The notes beneath the pieces are model-generated. The model was not told the DNA's origin. It did no database searches and saw nothing but the letters and a program-made list of their open reading frames with translations. 64,000 nucleotides of DNA from Bugula neritina (taxonomy: Eukaryota > Animalia > Bryozoa): contig OZ037766.1 of the NCBI GenBank assembly GCA_964035545.1, positions 12,204,722 to 12,268,721 on the forward strand, read 5' to 3'. Each line of letters starts with the position of its first letter. Position 1 is the stretch's first letter. The position numbers were made by a program, and so were the translations under genes. Below are positions 44,201-55,802 of the stretch, piece after piece.

Positions 44201-46092
44201 TTAAAAATGTATGAAAGTTGAAGGCCGTAGTTTTACGTTTAGAATGTTGTTGCACAAATTATGCGTGAGATTACACTGCATATTATTTTCACTATTAGTT
44301 ATTTAACCCTTAGTTGGTTAGACCCTCAGTTTGCTAAAAAGGCATGCATAGATATGTGCAACAAATTCATATCACTGAAATCAATCATGACATGATTATG
44401 TACTTTAAGTCAGATTCTATGAATCACCTCCTTGAAACACAAATTTACTTTGATGAATATGTCTAGAACTGTGTTTTTTCATATATTATGGTTAAAATAT
44501 TGTTTTGGTGCGTTGTATAGGCTGAGAATTATCAAAGATCAACAGCCTCTTACATGCAGCCTGGCTCTTATGCTATAAACAGCCAGCAGCAGCAGCCATC
44601 TAGGACTATGCAGCCACCACCCCAACTTGGTATGTATTTGGCAGCTGTGTAAAATAGATAATTTTATGGCTGTTTCAATTATATTCTCTCACATTTGAGC
44701 ACTCAATCAGCAAATTAGAAATGTTTCTTTATGGAATGCTTAGATTTTTGGTTTTGTAAAGTCTCTGTTGATTTTTATAAAGTAACTTAGTTTTTAGCAA
44801 TGAGACTCTTGGTATGCAAACGTCTGTAATCTGTGTCGTATGGTTTGTTGCAATCTGCAGGTCTAAACAGTCCCTCATCTTCAACTGTGTCCAGTGTGGC
44901 CTCAGAAACTTTCACCTCCGCTCTCAGGCAGCACCAATCTTCTATGGTAAATATGGAGTCAGCATTTCGCCAACTTGAAGGTAAGTATTATCAGGTTATC
45001 ATGGAGATAGCGTAAAAATATGTGTTTTTGTCTTTCATAGTGAATAGAAAAGTCAAGGAAGTTTTTGAATAAAAAATACAAAAATGCTGTCTAACTGAGT
45101 TATTACAAAGTGATAAAACTCTATCTGCAAAATGCTTTGCATCCTACAGACTTTAACATAAAGGTACTTAGCTGCCTCGATTCAGAAGGTCTGAAACTTT
45201 AAACCAATTATAGATTATGTAGTTGTAGAGTCTCCAAACAGGAGTTTTGAAGAAAAATTGAATTGTTTTTAATCGGTTAATATTGTATTAGACAAAATGA
45301 TATATCTTTTCATTAATGGCATGTAACTAAGGAAATTTATTCCATTGTTTTTATCCAGCATTGCTGTAGCATATTAATTATTATTAACCCTTTACTTTAA
45401 AAATTAGTTCTTAGTTTGCTAAGTATCCAAAAACTACAAGATAATAAACTCATGGGAAAAAAGCAAAAAGTTGCAAGTGCAGAGAATAAGTTGGTGTTAC
45501 TGCTATGGAATATCATTAGATTATTTTGCTTTATTTTATGTAGAGGAAAATGCGTCATTAAAAGCCCAGTTGGCAGCTGAACGGGAGGAGAAACAAGGAT
45601 ATGCCTTGAAATTACAAAGTGAGATTTTTCTTTAATTTTCAACACTGTATAACATAATGCTTAATGCATATATGTTGCTGAATATGGTCTAAGTGAATCA
45701 CCCGTTCTTGTCTCCTACTAGATCATTAATCATAAAACAGAGTAAATATGCATATAGATATTTCTTAGGTGGTATTTTGTCTTTACTCTGGTTATGTAGT
45801 GGGTGAAGCTGAATTCACCAAATTTTTGTAACCAGCTTGTCTTGGCATTCTTGCATAATTCATGGCTACTGGCTAATTTCTATTTGCATGTCACATATAA
45901 TGGTTAGAGTATCAGGACATTACCAAACTCCCAAGTTGTACTCATTTTAATCATGGAGTGTAGTCATGGTTAACATATTTAGTTGATTTTATACTTTTAG
46001 AAGCTGTAGCTGAGATTCAAACAAAAGAGCAGCAGATTTTGGCTTACACGATAGAGTTAGCTAGATATAGAGTATTGCCGGGCCATATGTGA
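32235..46092 (+). CDS. Highly diverged Ski/SnoN/SKOR-like nuclear protein, about 1500 aa (Ski/Dach-like domain, SAND-like Smad4-binding domain, Q-rich region, C-terminal coiled coil)
   Basis: Phase-consistent exons: ATG 32235-32237, 32464-32557, 32672-32857, 32949-33422, 33544-34722, 36321-36364, 36652-37678, 37870-38111, 38334-38545, 40422-40455, 40852-40907, 41397-41857, 42386-42432, 44521-44629, 44861-44980, 45408-~45476 (donor uncertain), 45544-45618, 46001-46092 (TGA). Motifs GVKVVTVYRDGELYCSAHQVV..CSSKEASLIRMM..KVVPLSEVQHLL and GKLF..RY..LVKCDGCSRVFGPLSFMLH..W resemble Ski domains by eye; basic NLS-like KKRKKEKKKKRK. Exon structure is better supported than the family call. Confidence 0.65.
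35451..35640 (+). mobile_element. Possible degenerate tRNA-derived SINE
   Basis: A-box-like agtcaggggtaagagcg and B-box-like ggttcgagc at tRNA-like spacing followed by a body richer in GC than the surrounding intron. Confidence 0.4.
41851..42078 (+). repeat. 18-bp minisatellite (gcaggtaactatacactt) spanning an exon/intron boundary, about 12 copies
   Basis: Direct; nearly every unit carries CAG|GTAACT. Confidence 0.95.
42766..43131. mobile_element. PIF/Harbinger-type MITE
   Basis: About 35-bp imperfect TIR AGGCCTGGCC(T/A)CAC(G/A)CT(T/G)GTGAGAATCACACGAAA; flanks TAC/TAA (imperfect 3-bp TSD). Confidence 0.75.
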
Positions 46093-46106
46093 AACACTTC
46101 TATATC

Positions 46107-46325
46107 GTATTACTAGTTAGCACTGTGTGTATTACTAGTTAGCACTGTGTGTATTACTAGTTAGCACTGTGTGTATTACTAGTTAGCACTGTGTATATTA
46201 CTAGTTAGCACTGTGTGTGTTACTAGTAGCACTGTGCGTATTAGTAGCTAGCACTGTGTATATTACTAGTAACACTGTGTGTATTACTAGTTAGCATTGT
46301 GTGTATTACTAGTTAGCACTGTAGT
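46107..46325. repeat. 22-bp minisatellite (tattactagttagcactgtgtg) in the 3' UTR, about 10 copies
   Basis: Direct; starts about 15 nt after TGA at 46092. Confidence 0.92.
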
Positions 46326-48539
46326 AAATATCTAACAGCATTTATTTGATTGTGTTACATATCCTAATGTGATAAACACTTTTAAATTTCTAGTGTTCAC
46401 TTGTAGTATTATTTTATTTGACTGAACTATTTTCAATATTTCACTATTTTAGCAAATTGTGTTTTATTTTATATGTTATGTAATCCTTTGCCTGCAAATG
46501 GTGGGATAGTTAGTAGATACTTTTATCATCATTGTGCCATGCCAGTGTATTATTGTAGTGTATAGTAGTAATATATTAGTGCTAGAATTCATATAGTATT
46601 TCAAGATATGTGATTATATTTGAGAATTTGCAGTAGTTAGAGGTTTAATATGGAATAAGAATTGTATAAATATTTGACATACTGTATAGTGCAGTATATA
46701 ATATATGTTATATAATATTGTGATATGGCAGTTTCAGTATGCAGTACGTTTTACATGCAAACCTCCATGTGTCTATCTATTGTAATCAACTGTAGTACTA
46801 GGACTATTTTTATAGCTGTAAAAATGCTCAATTTTGCTAGCGTTCTACTTATTCCTATATAATAAACTGCCAGTGCAATGCTTGCCTATACAAAACCTTG
46901 CAAGAATGATGTTCTATCTAATGTCTAGGGGCTGAATTTTTCTCTAAACTACAAACCTGCCATGGCTAGCTACAATGTCTATACTAGAAATAAAGAGCTG
47001 CCTGATTTATATTATGCAAATTTCAGTGTGTATACTTCATTAAAATAATCGTACTCTCTCCATTCTACCTGCTTATAAGCCAAGGGTAAAATATCTTTAA
47101 TAAAAGAAGCCATTATTAAACACATAATCTTCATTCTACAATCAAAAATTAAATAGAGAGAGAGTAGTGACAACAAATTGCCTTCTTAGCTTTGCCATGA
47201 GAGGCTGGAGTGCCATCTGTACCAGAAATAGAAAATAACTAGCTTGGCTAGCATTTTTATAATGCAGCCACTCAAAACTTTAATGACAAAGAATTATAAT
47301 GTAAATACATACTACACTAAGCTATGAAATGATGCATTAGCAACAAACAAGATATAAATAAACTGTTTATTTAAAATAGCAATGATCTGTACACTGCTAA
47401 AAATTATCAGAAGTTGAAGAGAAGAGATACACCTGGTTGGAATATGTCAGTTTAAATGCAATTTTCCGTCTCAGTATTTCATTCAGATCAGTGCAGTCAA
47501 AACATAGATACATTCACAAATTCTTTGAATATTGTCACTATCCCAGTGACTATAATGACGTGGCCACCAATCAATGGCTATAACCTGACAGCAGCCTATT
47601 CAAGTGTTATATTATATAAAATACAGTCACATTCAATGATCATGGTGTTGTGGGTATGCCAGTTATCCCCTTGGGGGGTCAAGCATGCAATTAGATTTGT
47701 GAACAGATGAACCTGGACTATGAATATTATTTTGACATTAATTTTAATGAATAATGATTATTTATAGAAAACTATTATGATGGGTGTACAACTCCAATAG
47801 TATTAGATTATTGACTATTGAACACATTTGGTAATTAATAAATGGTTGGAAATATTCAAGGGGTGCCATACAAAAGCTCCCACCCATAATGAATTGATTT
47901 AAAAAATAATTTTTCCCTGGCCAGAATGTCAAATTAAAGAACTTGTGCTTTATATATATAAATTCTCATTATTGCACCTAAATGCTATATTCAATTTCAC
48001 GAAGTTATGATTTATAGTCTTTTCTTTAAAATTATCAATTTAATGCATCAAAACTGGAGTTATCAAATTAAAAATCTATGACATTCCCATCTACACTATT
48101 GCATCAGACAAAAACAGCTGTAAAATACTCAAAAATGTTTTTAAAGTTACCATAATAACCCCTAGCAGTTCACTACCATAGAGCATGAAAGATAGTTATG
48201 GAGGTAAATAACAAAAATGACCACACCTCATGCACATTGGAATTCATTGTATGAGTTGGTATCTAAATCACAACAGCAACAAGTCCCTACAGCAATTCAA
48301 ACATAAGGACATCTTTATGGGTAAATTGGACACTGTGAAGGTAAATAATGCTGACCAATGTAAATATTTTGCTAACTATAATTTTATATAGTTAAAATTT
48401 TACTTTAACAAGACTACAATGCTGTAGTTATAGTCTAATATAGATTGCCCAAAAATTTTAGTACGTTAAGCCTTGCATAAACTGGTGCATACTTAGCTAT
48501 TGCGACATGTACGCAAATACTGCAGCACTGTCAGAATAG

Positions 48540-49700
48540 GGGTGTGAGAGTATATAATGTGGGCGTGAGAGTATATAATGTGGGTGTGAGAGTATATAAT
48601 GTGGTTGTGAGAGTATATAATGTGGGTGTGAGAGTATATAATGTGGTTGTGAGAGTATATAATGTGGGTGTGAGAGTATATAATGTGGTTGTGAGAGTAT
48701 ATAATGTGGTTGTGAGAGTATATAATGTGGGTGTGAGAGTATATAATGTAGGTGTGAGAGTATATAGTGTGAGTGTGAGAGTATATAATGTGGGTGTGAG
48801 AGTATATGATGTGGGTGTGAGAGTATATGATGTGGGTGTGAGAGTATATAATGTGAGTGTGAGAGTATATAATGTGGGTGTGAGAGTATATAGTGTGGTT
48901 GTGAGAGTATATAATGTGAGTGTGAGAGTATATAATGTGGTTGTGAGAGTATATAATGTGGGTGTGGGAGTATATAGTATAGGTGTGAGAGTATATAATG
49001 TGAGTGTGAGAGTATATAATGTGGGTGTGAGAGTATATGATGTGGGTGTGAGAGTATATAATGTGGTTGTGAGAGTATATAATGTGGTTGTGAGAGTATA
49101 TAATGTGGGTGTGAGAGTATATAATGTGGGTGTGAGAGTATATAATGTGAGTGTGAGAGTATATAATGTGGGTGTGAGAGTATATAATGTGGGTGTGAGA
49201 GTATATAATGTGTTTGTGAGAGTATATAATGTGGGTGTGAGAGTATATAATGTGAGTGTGAGAGTATATAATGTGGGTGTGAGAGTATATAATGTGGGTG
49301 TGAGAGTATATAATGTGGTTGTGAGAGTATATAATGTGGTTGTGAGAGTATATAATGTGGTTGTGAGAGTATATAATGTGGTTGTGAGAGTATATAATGT
49401 GGTTGTGAGAGTATATAATGTGGGTGTGAGAGTATATAATGTGGTTGTGAGAGTATATAATGTGGGTGTGAGAGTATATAATGTGGTTGTGAGAGTATAT
49501 AATGTGGGTGTGAGAGTATATAATGTGAGTGTGAGAGTATATAATGTGAGTGTGAGAGTATATAATGTGGGTGTGAGAGTATAGAATGTGAGTGTGAGAG
49601 TATATAATGTGAGTGTGAGAGTATATATAATGTGGGTGTGAGAGTATATAATGTGGTTGTGAGAGTATATAGTATAGGTGTGAGAGTATATAGTATAGGT
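48540..49700. repeat. 21-bp minisatellite (gtgagagtatataatgtgggt), about 55 copies
   Basis: Direct; explains the three long repetitive ORFs here. Confidence 0.97.
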
Positions 49701-49960
49701 GTAGGAGCAAGTGATGCAATAAGGTTATGAGAGGTAGTAATTGCCATAGGAGAATGCATGAATAGTGACTAGGAGAGCAAATAATAGAGGATTGAGGGTA
49801 ATAATTATCTGAGACTGAATAATGAAGGTATGAGAGCAAATTATATATCTATGAGAGCGTTTTGTGAGCATATTATGAGGAAAAATATAGCTATTAGATA
49901 TTATATTGTAAGCATAGGAGATAAAATAATGAGTGAATTTTTGACCATTTAGCTCTCCAT

Positions 49961-50253
49961 GATTTTAAGTAAAAATGGCACAGGTAAAAATGGCACGGTA
50001 AAAATGGCACGGATAATAAAGGTACAAATGAAAAAGTATTGGAAAAATTGGCACACTGATGTTAAAATTTCCCAAACCCCAAATCCCACACCAAACCCTA
50101 ATATTGAAAATATGTCATTTTTATCTATAACTTTTCTATTTGTGCCTTTATTACCGGTGCCACTTTTACCTGCGCCATTTTTACTGGTGCCACTTTTACC
50201 TGTGCCATTTTTTACCTGCGCCATTTTTACTGGTGCCACTTTTACAGGACACC
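49961..50253 (-). mobile_element. Foldback element with tandem AAAAATGGCAC subterminal repeats
   Basis: AAAAATGGCAC repeats on the left, GTGCCATTTTT repeats on the right, ends GATTTTAAGT... and ...GGACACC; second copy in opposite orientation at 55803-56108. Confidence 0.7.
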
Positions 50254-50532
50254 AGCCTTTCCTAGTGCATTGTATTATATAATGTGTTTAAGAAACATGA
50301 TATATGACAAAATTTTATTGGTTGAATTTTAAGAATGAAAATTTAATAATATATCTTTTTGTAAGAGCAACTATCTTTGAACTTATTCATTATTATTTTG
50401 GAAAAGCGCTGAGCACGGTCTTTAAAATCTTTACAGTCAGAATTAATGGCTAAAAACAGTACATCATTTAAATTAGGCTAATTTTTTGTCAATTATAAGT
50501 GAAATCAAAAAATGTAATGTTTTGTAAATGCA

Positions 50533-53155
50533 TCACCAACGAATACATACAAATTCGCAATACTGTTGTCCTGAAACTGTGTGACATTCAAAGACCATTT
50601 CGAGACAAAGTGTATACCCCCGCTTGACTCTGCTATTTGAAGCTGAAGTAACTTTTGTATCTGAAATTAAAAACAAGTATGTTAACTAAAATCCATTTGG
50701 ATTCAGCACTAATTGAAATAACAAGATGTTAAATTATTTAAAATAGTAGCCAATATTATTTGTGCAAATGGACAGGCCAGGGCGGGCCCTGATGCTGAAA
50801 AATACCCAGCATTACCAAAAAGATGAAAAATACTAAAACGTTTTTTCTTGTTACAAATGTGTTGGAGTTTTTATCTAAATTTTACAATACAGTACTCCCC
50901 CTGTATCTCGCTAAGCTTTGGGTCCTGAAACCTCAATTTGCGACATAGTAGAATACCGGATTTAACTCACGGATCCAGTAAATTTGGCCATTTTGTCCCT
51001 AAACACACATACATGAGCCACAAAACCGAAGTCAAAACCATTCTTGTTACTTATGAAATTTTGTGAAAACTTGATCCGTGAGATATGGAGGGAACACTGT
51101 ATATTATAAAAGTGAGATATGGAGGTAACACTGTATTTAAAAGTGAGATATGGAAGGAACACTGTATATAAAAGCTGTAACTACAAGCAAGATAGTTACC
51201 AGAATCTCCTGTTGGTATCACAATCATCCATTTATACCCATTGGTGCACTCATTCTGCACACGTTTAGGAAGGAAACTGACATCTTGCACGAACTCATCG
51301 AGTACTTTAACATCTACTTCTGCGTCTTCCTCCTCTATTTCCTGGTCACCAAAGTTGTCCAGGAACTCCGACACCACATTTTCATTGTTGGCTTCATTGA
51401 ATGTAACAGGACTAATATAGCAGATGCCTTTATCAGCTCTGATTACACGGAGACCCTAAATAATTTGTATATGCATAGATTTCACACAGAGCACTACTGT
51501 TCATCATATACATATATGCTATATATAGTAAAACTACACAACTCTATACAGTCATACGTCCCCATGCTTCGCATTAAGCAAATGGATGTTTTATTCCATG
51601 CATGGAACAGTGTCAATTGAATGACCCCGCAACCACACATGCCAATGCAAAATTTCATTTCATGTGGGAGCTTATTGTAGGTGAAGTGAATATATTACTA
51701 CATTGAATCAAATAAATTTGCAAAAACTTAAAAAGATATTAAAACTAAAAAAATATGTTTACAAAATATCTGCATAATATACAGGTGCATAAACAGGTAC
51801 ACAACAATTTAGTAATCTTGCCTCTTTCATTTATAAGTGAATAGCACTCAGAAATATTTTAACCTTAGTACATGATATAGACGCTATAACAGACACATAT
51901 CTACTAACACTGTGCACTATATGTACTATATAATAGGCAAGATCTCATACTATTCAACATATATATGAGCTGCATCAACCACTATTTACCTTTTGAAACA
52001 AATCAGCATGAAAAGTACCATCAGCTCGGTGGTAGTATGCCACATGTTCATCTTTGTTCAGCATAACCTGATCCTTCACCTATATTGTACACAAAGTCTT
52101 GTTAACCATTAGCCTCATTTCTAATATTTTTATTATACATAAACTTTTAAAAACAACATTGCTATAAATTCACGTAATTAAAATCCAATACTCTTGCATT
52201 TTATCAACATTATATCTGATTTTATTTATTGCTTCATTTCTATTTTCAACTTTTTTTAAAATTCAAGATTCTTTTTAAATTTATTGTTTCTATCTTTACA
52301 CTCAACACCTCCAGCAGTGACTACTGTTGTGTAGGCAAATAGTACTGTGACTTGCTGTTTATTGGTATACAAAACCTGGTCAAATACATTATAGTAAATT
52401 ATTCGTAGTTTTTTATATAAAAAATTAAATTTATAAAATACTACAACACTATTTTAAAAGTTGTAAAAATTTGATGTTTTCAACATCTCTCTGGTTTCAT
52501 ATCACAGAACCAGCAACTTTTATGATAGATAGTTATAGTGTTCCTTTAAGTTCTTACACAGCTCAATGGGGATGTATCAGCATAAGTTGAAATAATTCAA
52601 AGAAGAATTTTAGGTTGAGAAAAAATTTATCCGGGATAACAAATACATAAGAGTTGATAATATTTTAAACTCTTTACTCACATGTTGGTTGTCAGGAGTT
52701 CTAATGTTAACAGTTGCCTGGACATCTGCACTCACTCTGGTCGTCTTCTCAGGTTCTTTCTGCTGGCAAACTGCATGAGTTTTAGTCAGGCCCATGTAGA
52801 TAACGGCTGACACAGAAACAACCAACAGAATGGAGATAACCAGCAAGGAGACTCCCAGGAGCTTTGACTTGTCGCTTTTCTCAACCATCTGTGAACACAC
52901 AATTGAATGAATTTCCAATGTACATAATAATTTAACCTAATTATAAGTTGCTATGTTTTAAAAATCCCAATAATAATTTGACTCAAACAATTCAGCTTGA
53001 AAAAACTTTGCTAAAATTTAAAAGATATTGCCAATAAGTTATTGAAAATTTTATTTGATGGTTCTCAAGTTATAAAGTTGATATAAATGTAAGAGAAAGC
53101 TTGCCTTAACGTCTTCGAATGTCTGTTTGTCCGAGAAGTTCATATTAATCTTCAT
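50533..53155 (-). CDS. Type II membrane BRICHOS-domain precursor, copy A (243 aa), releasing an anionic 28-aa four-Cys peptide
   Basis: Exons 53155-53105 (GC donor), 52888-52682 (TM LLGVSLLVISILLVVSVSAVIYMGL), 52079-51990, 51455-51200, 50660-50533 (TGA); 732 nt in frame. BRICHOS-like motifs FQKGLRVIRADKGICYI and FLPKRVQNECTNGYKWM; furin site RVKR. Confidence 0.85.
50890..51164. mobile_element. Tc1/mariner (Tigger-like) MITE in intron 4 of copy A, right end triplicated
   Basis: TA|CAGTACTCCCCCTGTATCTCGC ... GTGAGATATGGAGGGAACACTG|TA (50890-51099); the terminal ~32 bp recurs twice more to 51164. Confidence 0.7.
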
Positions 53156-53171
53156 TCTATGAGTTGAGATT

Positions 53172-53207
53172 GAATGATTTCAGCTGAAATCGCTGCAGCC
53201 TTTTATA
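53172..53207 (-). promoter_or_regulatory. TATA box plus Initiator of BRICHOS copy A
   Basis: TATAAAA (53207-53201) followed about 30 nt later by TCATTC, then ATG at 53155; same layout in copy B. Confidence 0.75.
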
Positions 53208-54039
53208 CCAGCCTGTCTCCCATAGAGTTACTGTTTTGCAATAATTATGTTGACCAGTTGCCAAAAAGAAACACGTCTTAAAACATCAAATAGAGTGCAT
53301 TGCCAAATTAACAAAGATTTTGATTGGCCATAACCTAAGTTGCAAGACATTCAAAACTGAAATAAAATACATTTTCCCACAATAACTTTAATGTCTGTAG
53401 CCCTCCACAAGTATTTATGATCTCCAAATTAGAACTACTTGTTATATTTGTGAATGAAATTTGAGTTAAGTCAAGTTAAGTTAAGTTAAGCAAAAAATAA
53501 AGAGTCCCTAAAAAATTCATGCCTGTATTAAATTATTCATATTTATATGGGCCATGAAATAAACACACTTCAGGGTAGTATTCCCAAACATATTGGTTAA
53601 AAAAAGCTCTGCTGAGATGGCATTGTTTGTTAGACTCAGTGTTCTAGGCAAAAAAATGTTCTTGCTGATATGACATTACATTGTTTGTTAGACTCATTGC
53701 TCTAGGCACTATATAATTATATTGTCATTGCATGCTATTCTTAGCTGTTGCAACACCCAGGCAGGTTAATCACCGAGCTAGCCTAAAAGTTTAGACTTTG
53801 AACCTAAAACAGTCTGTAGATGCTAGCAAATATATACACGAATGTTCTTTGAGATTTCAAAAATGAAGGGTGTCAGAGAGTGTTTAAACAGAATGACAGT
53901 AGAGTAAAGTGTGACTTACAGTTGAATAGACATATGAGTGATTGTTGATGTCATAATCGGAGCATGATATGACAGTATAGTTGAACAAATAGTATTCTTT
54001 CCTCACAAATTCATAAGTTATGGCTATTGACCTTGCTTA

Positions 54040-55200
54040 CTGCATGGCATTTCCCAGGAAGAATACTGTTGCTATCAGTGTGCTGTGTATCGGGTACACC
54101 AATTCAAATGGCATGTGAATTTTGAAATTAATTCGCATACCTCTTCCAGTTGCAATTGTCTGTTTTGACTATCTGGCATCACATTTTCTTGTTTGGATAA
54201 AAAGTTGCAGCATACACTAATGGGTCAATAACCTGTTTATAGCTTTTCTTCTTTGGCACGTTTGGTTGTGAATTGGAGAGTTATATCTTCACAATCAGTT
54301 GCCATCCAAGACCTCTGCAGGAATTTTCCACGGTAAAAAATAGATGTGGAATGGTTAGGTAATACGTCAAGTACTCTTCTTTCACAATTACAAAGCTTTC
54401 AAAAGTTATAAAAAAAGTCACTAGGAGGGTGAAGCAACATATTTCAAGTAGAAGGTATTGCATAAACTAGCAAATTCCTGACTGGAAAATGTGGGTAATG
54501 ACCTGTAAGAAAAGTTGCACATACAGCCTCAATAGTACAGATGTCCTCCAATACTTGCATTGTTTGCTATTAATTATTTGCCTAATATCCTGTAAATCAT
54601 GAGAAATTTGAACAATTAATACGGAAAAGCTACATCTTACTCCTGAAGAGTCAAAGGAAATCTACATGTGCGAGTTTCAATTGTAGGATTATGGATCTGC
54701 TGTGATGGTGTTATGACACACGGCTTTCGGTACAGATGAAAATAATGCTTTGGAGTAGCTGTCAAATGAATGTACAGGTGAACAGCTGCGGGGACTTAGA
54801 ATTCGAGCTGGTACTGCATCAATAGAGAAATTGAGAAAAGTCTGTGTTCTAGATTAAGAATTTAGCAAAATAAGTTAGATTTTTGCAAGAATTTCAACTC
54901 GAGCCCCAAATCAAAATTTAATAATAAAATTAAAGAACTTAGGCGGTCTCAATTTCTCCACTACTGCTTCTAAGTGCAGAATTCTAGTTTGTATCTGTTA
55001 AGTTAGGCTAATACTACAGCAAGAAATTGGATGCTTTTAAACTCCTGGCAAACTTTATAAGATTTTCTGGCCAGCTCAATATGGGATTTCTTCTTGATCA
55101 ATCACTATGACAGCACAACTCCTACTCCATAAAATGAACTATTGTGTTTAGTTATAGTGTGCTAGGCTAGCGGCATTGATGATGCTGTTCTATAGCTAGG
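54040..55200 (+). mobile_element. Possible heavily decayed LINE remnant
   Basis: Scattered fragments resembling RT-downstream motifs (VKY, DWK, DYGSAV) in several frames with stops; weak. Confidence 0.25.
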
Positions 55201-55802
55201 TAAAAGTTTGTCCAAATTTTTCTGACTTTGTAAACAAAATATCACTCGTGAGGAAGTTATACAGCAGATCGCAGTTTCATCTGCAGAATTGGAGACGACA
55301 CACCAACATATTGGAGATGATGGGATCATAGCAGACACACCAACATTGGTAATGAAACAACCATTGCAACAATGGAAGTCTAGGATTCTGGGTAGTTTAA
55401 AGAGAGTCGCCAGAAAAGAATTTGTTGGCCATTTCCGACTCCTAATTGTTAATGGTATGACCCAAATGTTCAACAGTGTTTAAAAAAGTTACATATGTCT
55501 AATTGTATTTGAAAACTATGCTTCTGAAGTGCTGCAATTAAATTTGGGAGATAAGTTGGTGTTATTGTTCTGTTCGGTCCACTAGTCCACTGTATTCCGT
55601 TATACAGCAACTCCTGGAAATTTCTAAGGTCAAGGTGTTCATGCAGGCTGTTAAAGCTGAGGTGAGCTATGGGAAACTCCAAAAGCACATTTAGTTAATA
55701 ATATTCAAATAAAGCATACTGATCATGCACTATATAGCTGTCTCGTGTCGTATTTTAGGCTCAAATTGTAAGCAAACATTTGTGAAGTAGAACTTGGTGC
55801 AG

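Noticed and set aside
47400-48350. Possible third BRICHOS peptide exon or other small minus-strand exons
   Set aside because: No RVKR-like site, no four-Cys pattern in the required phase and no BRICHOS exons nearby.
48493-49839. Three long ORFs (448, 420, 346 aa) of HIIYSHT / HYILSHP / VRVYNVG repeats
   Set aside because: By-product of a 21-bp minisatellite lacking stops in several frames on both strands; no splice or promoter context.
49949-50282. ORFs with KNGTG / VPLLP repeats (also 55921-56178)
   Set aside because: Translations of foldback-element subterminal repeats.
51051-51199. ORF-track extension of the BRICHOS exon (NYLACSYSFYIQCSF...) as the mature peptide
   Set aside because: Read-through into intron 4 and the MITE; copy B stops four codons after the shared G|GTAACT donor, and a phase-matched RVKR exon lies downstream in both copies.
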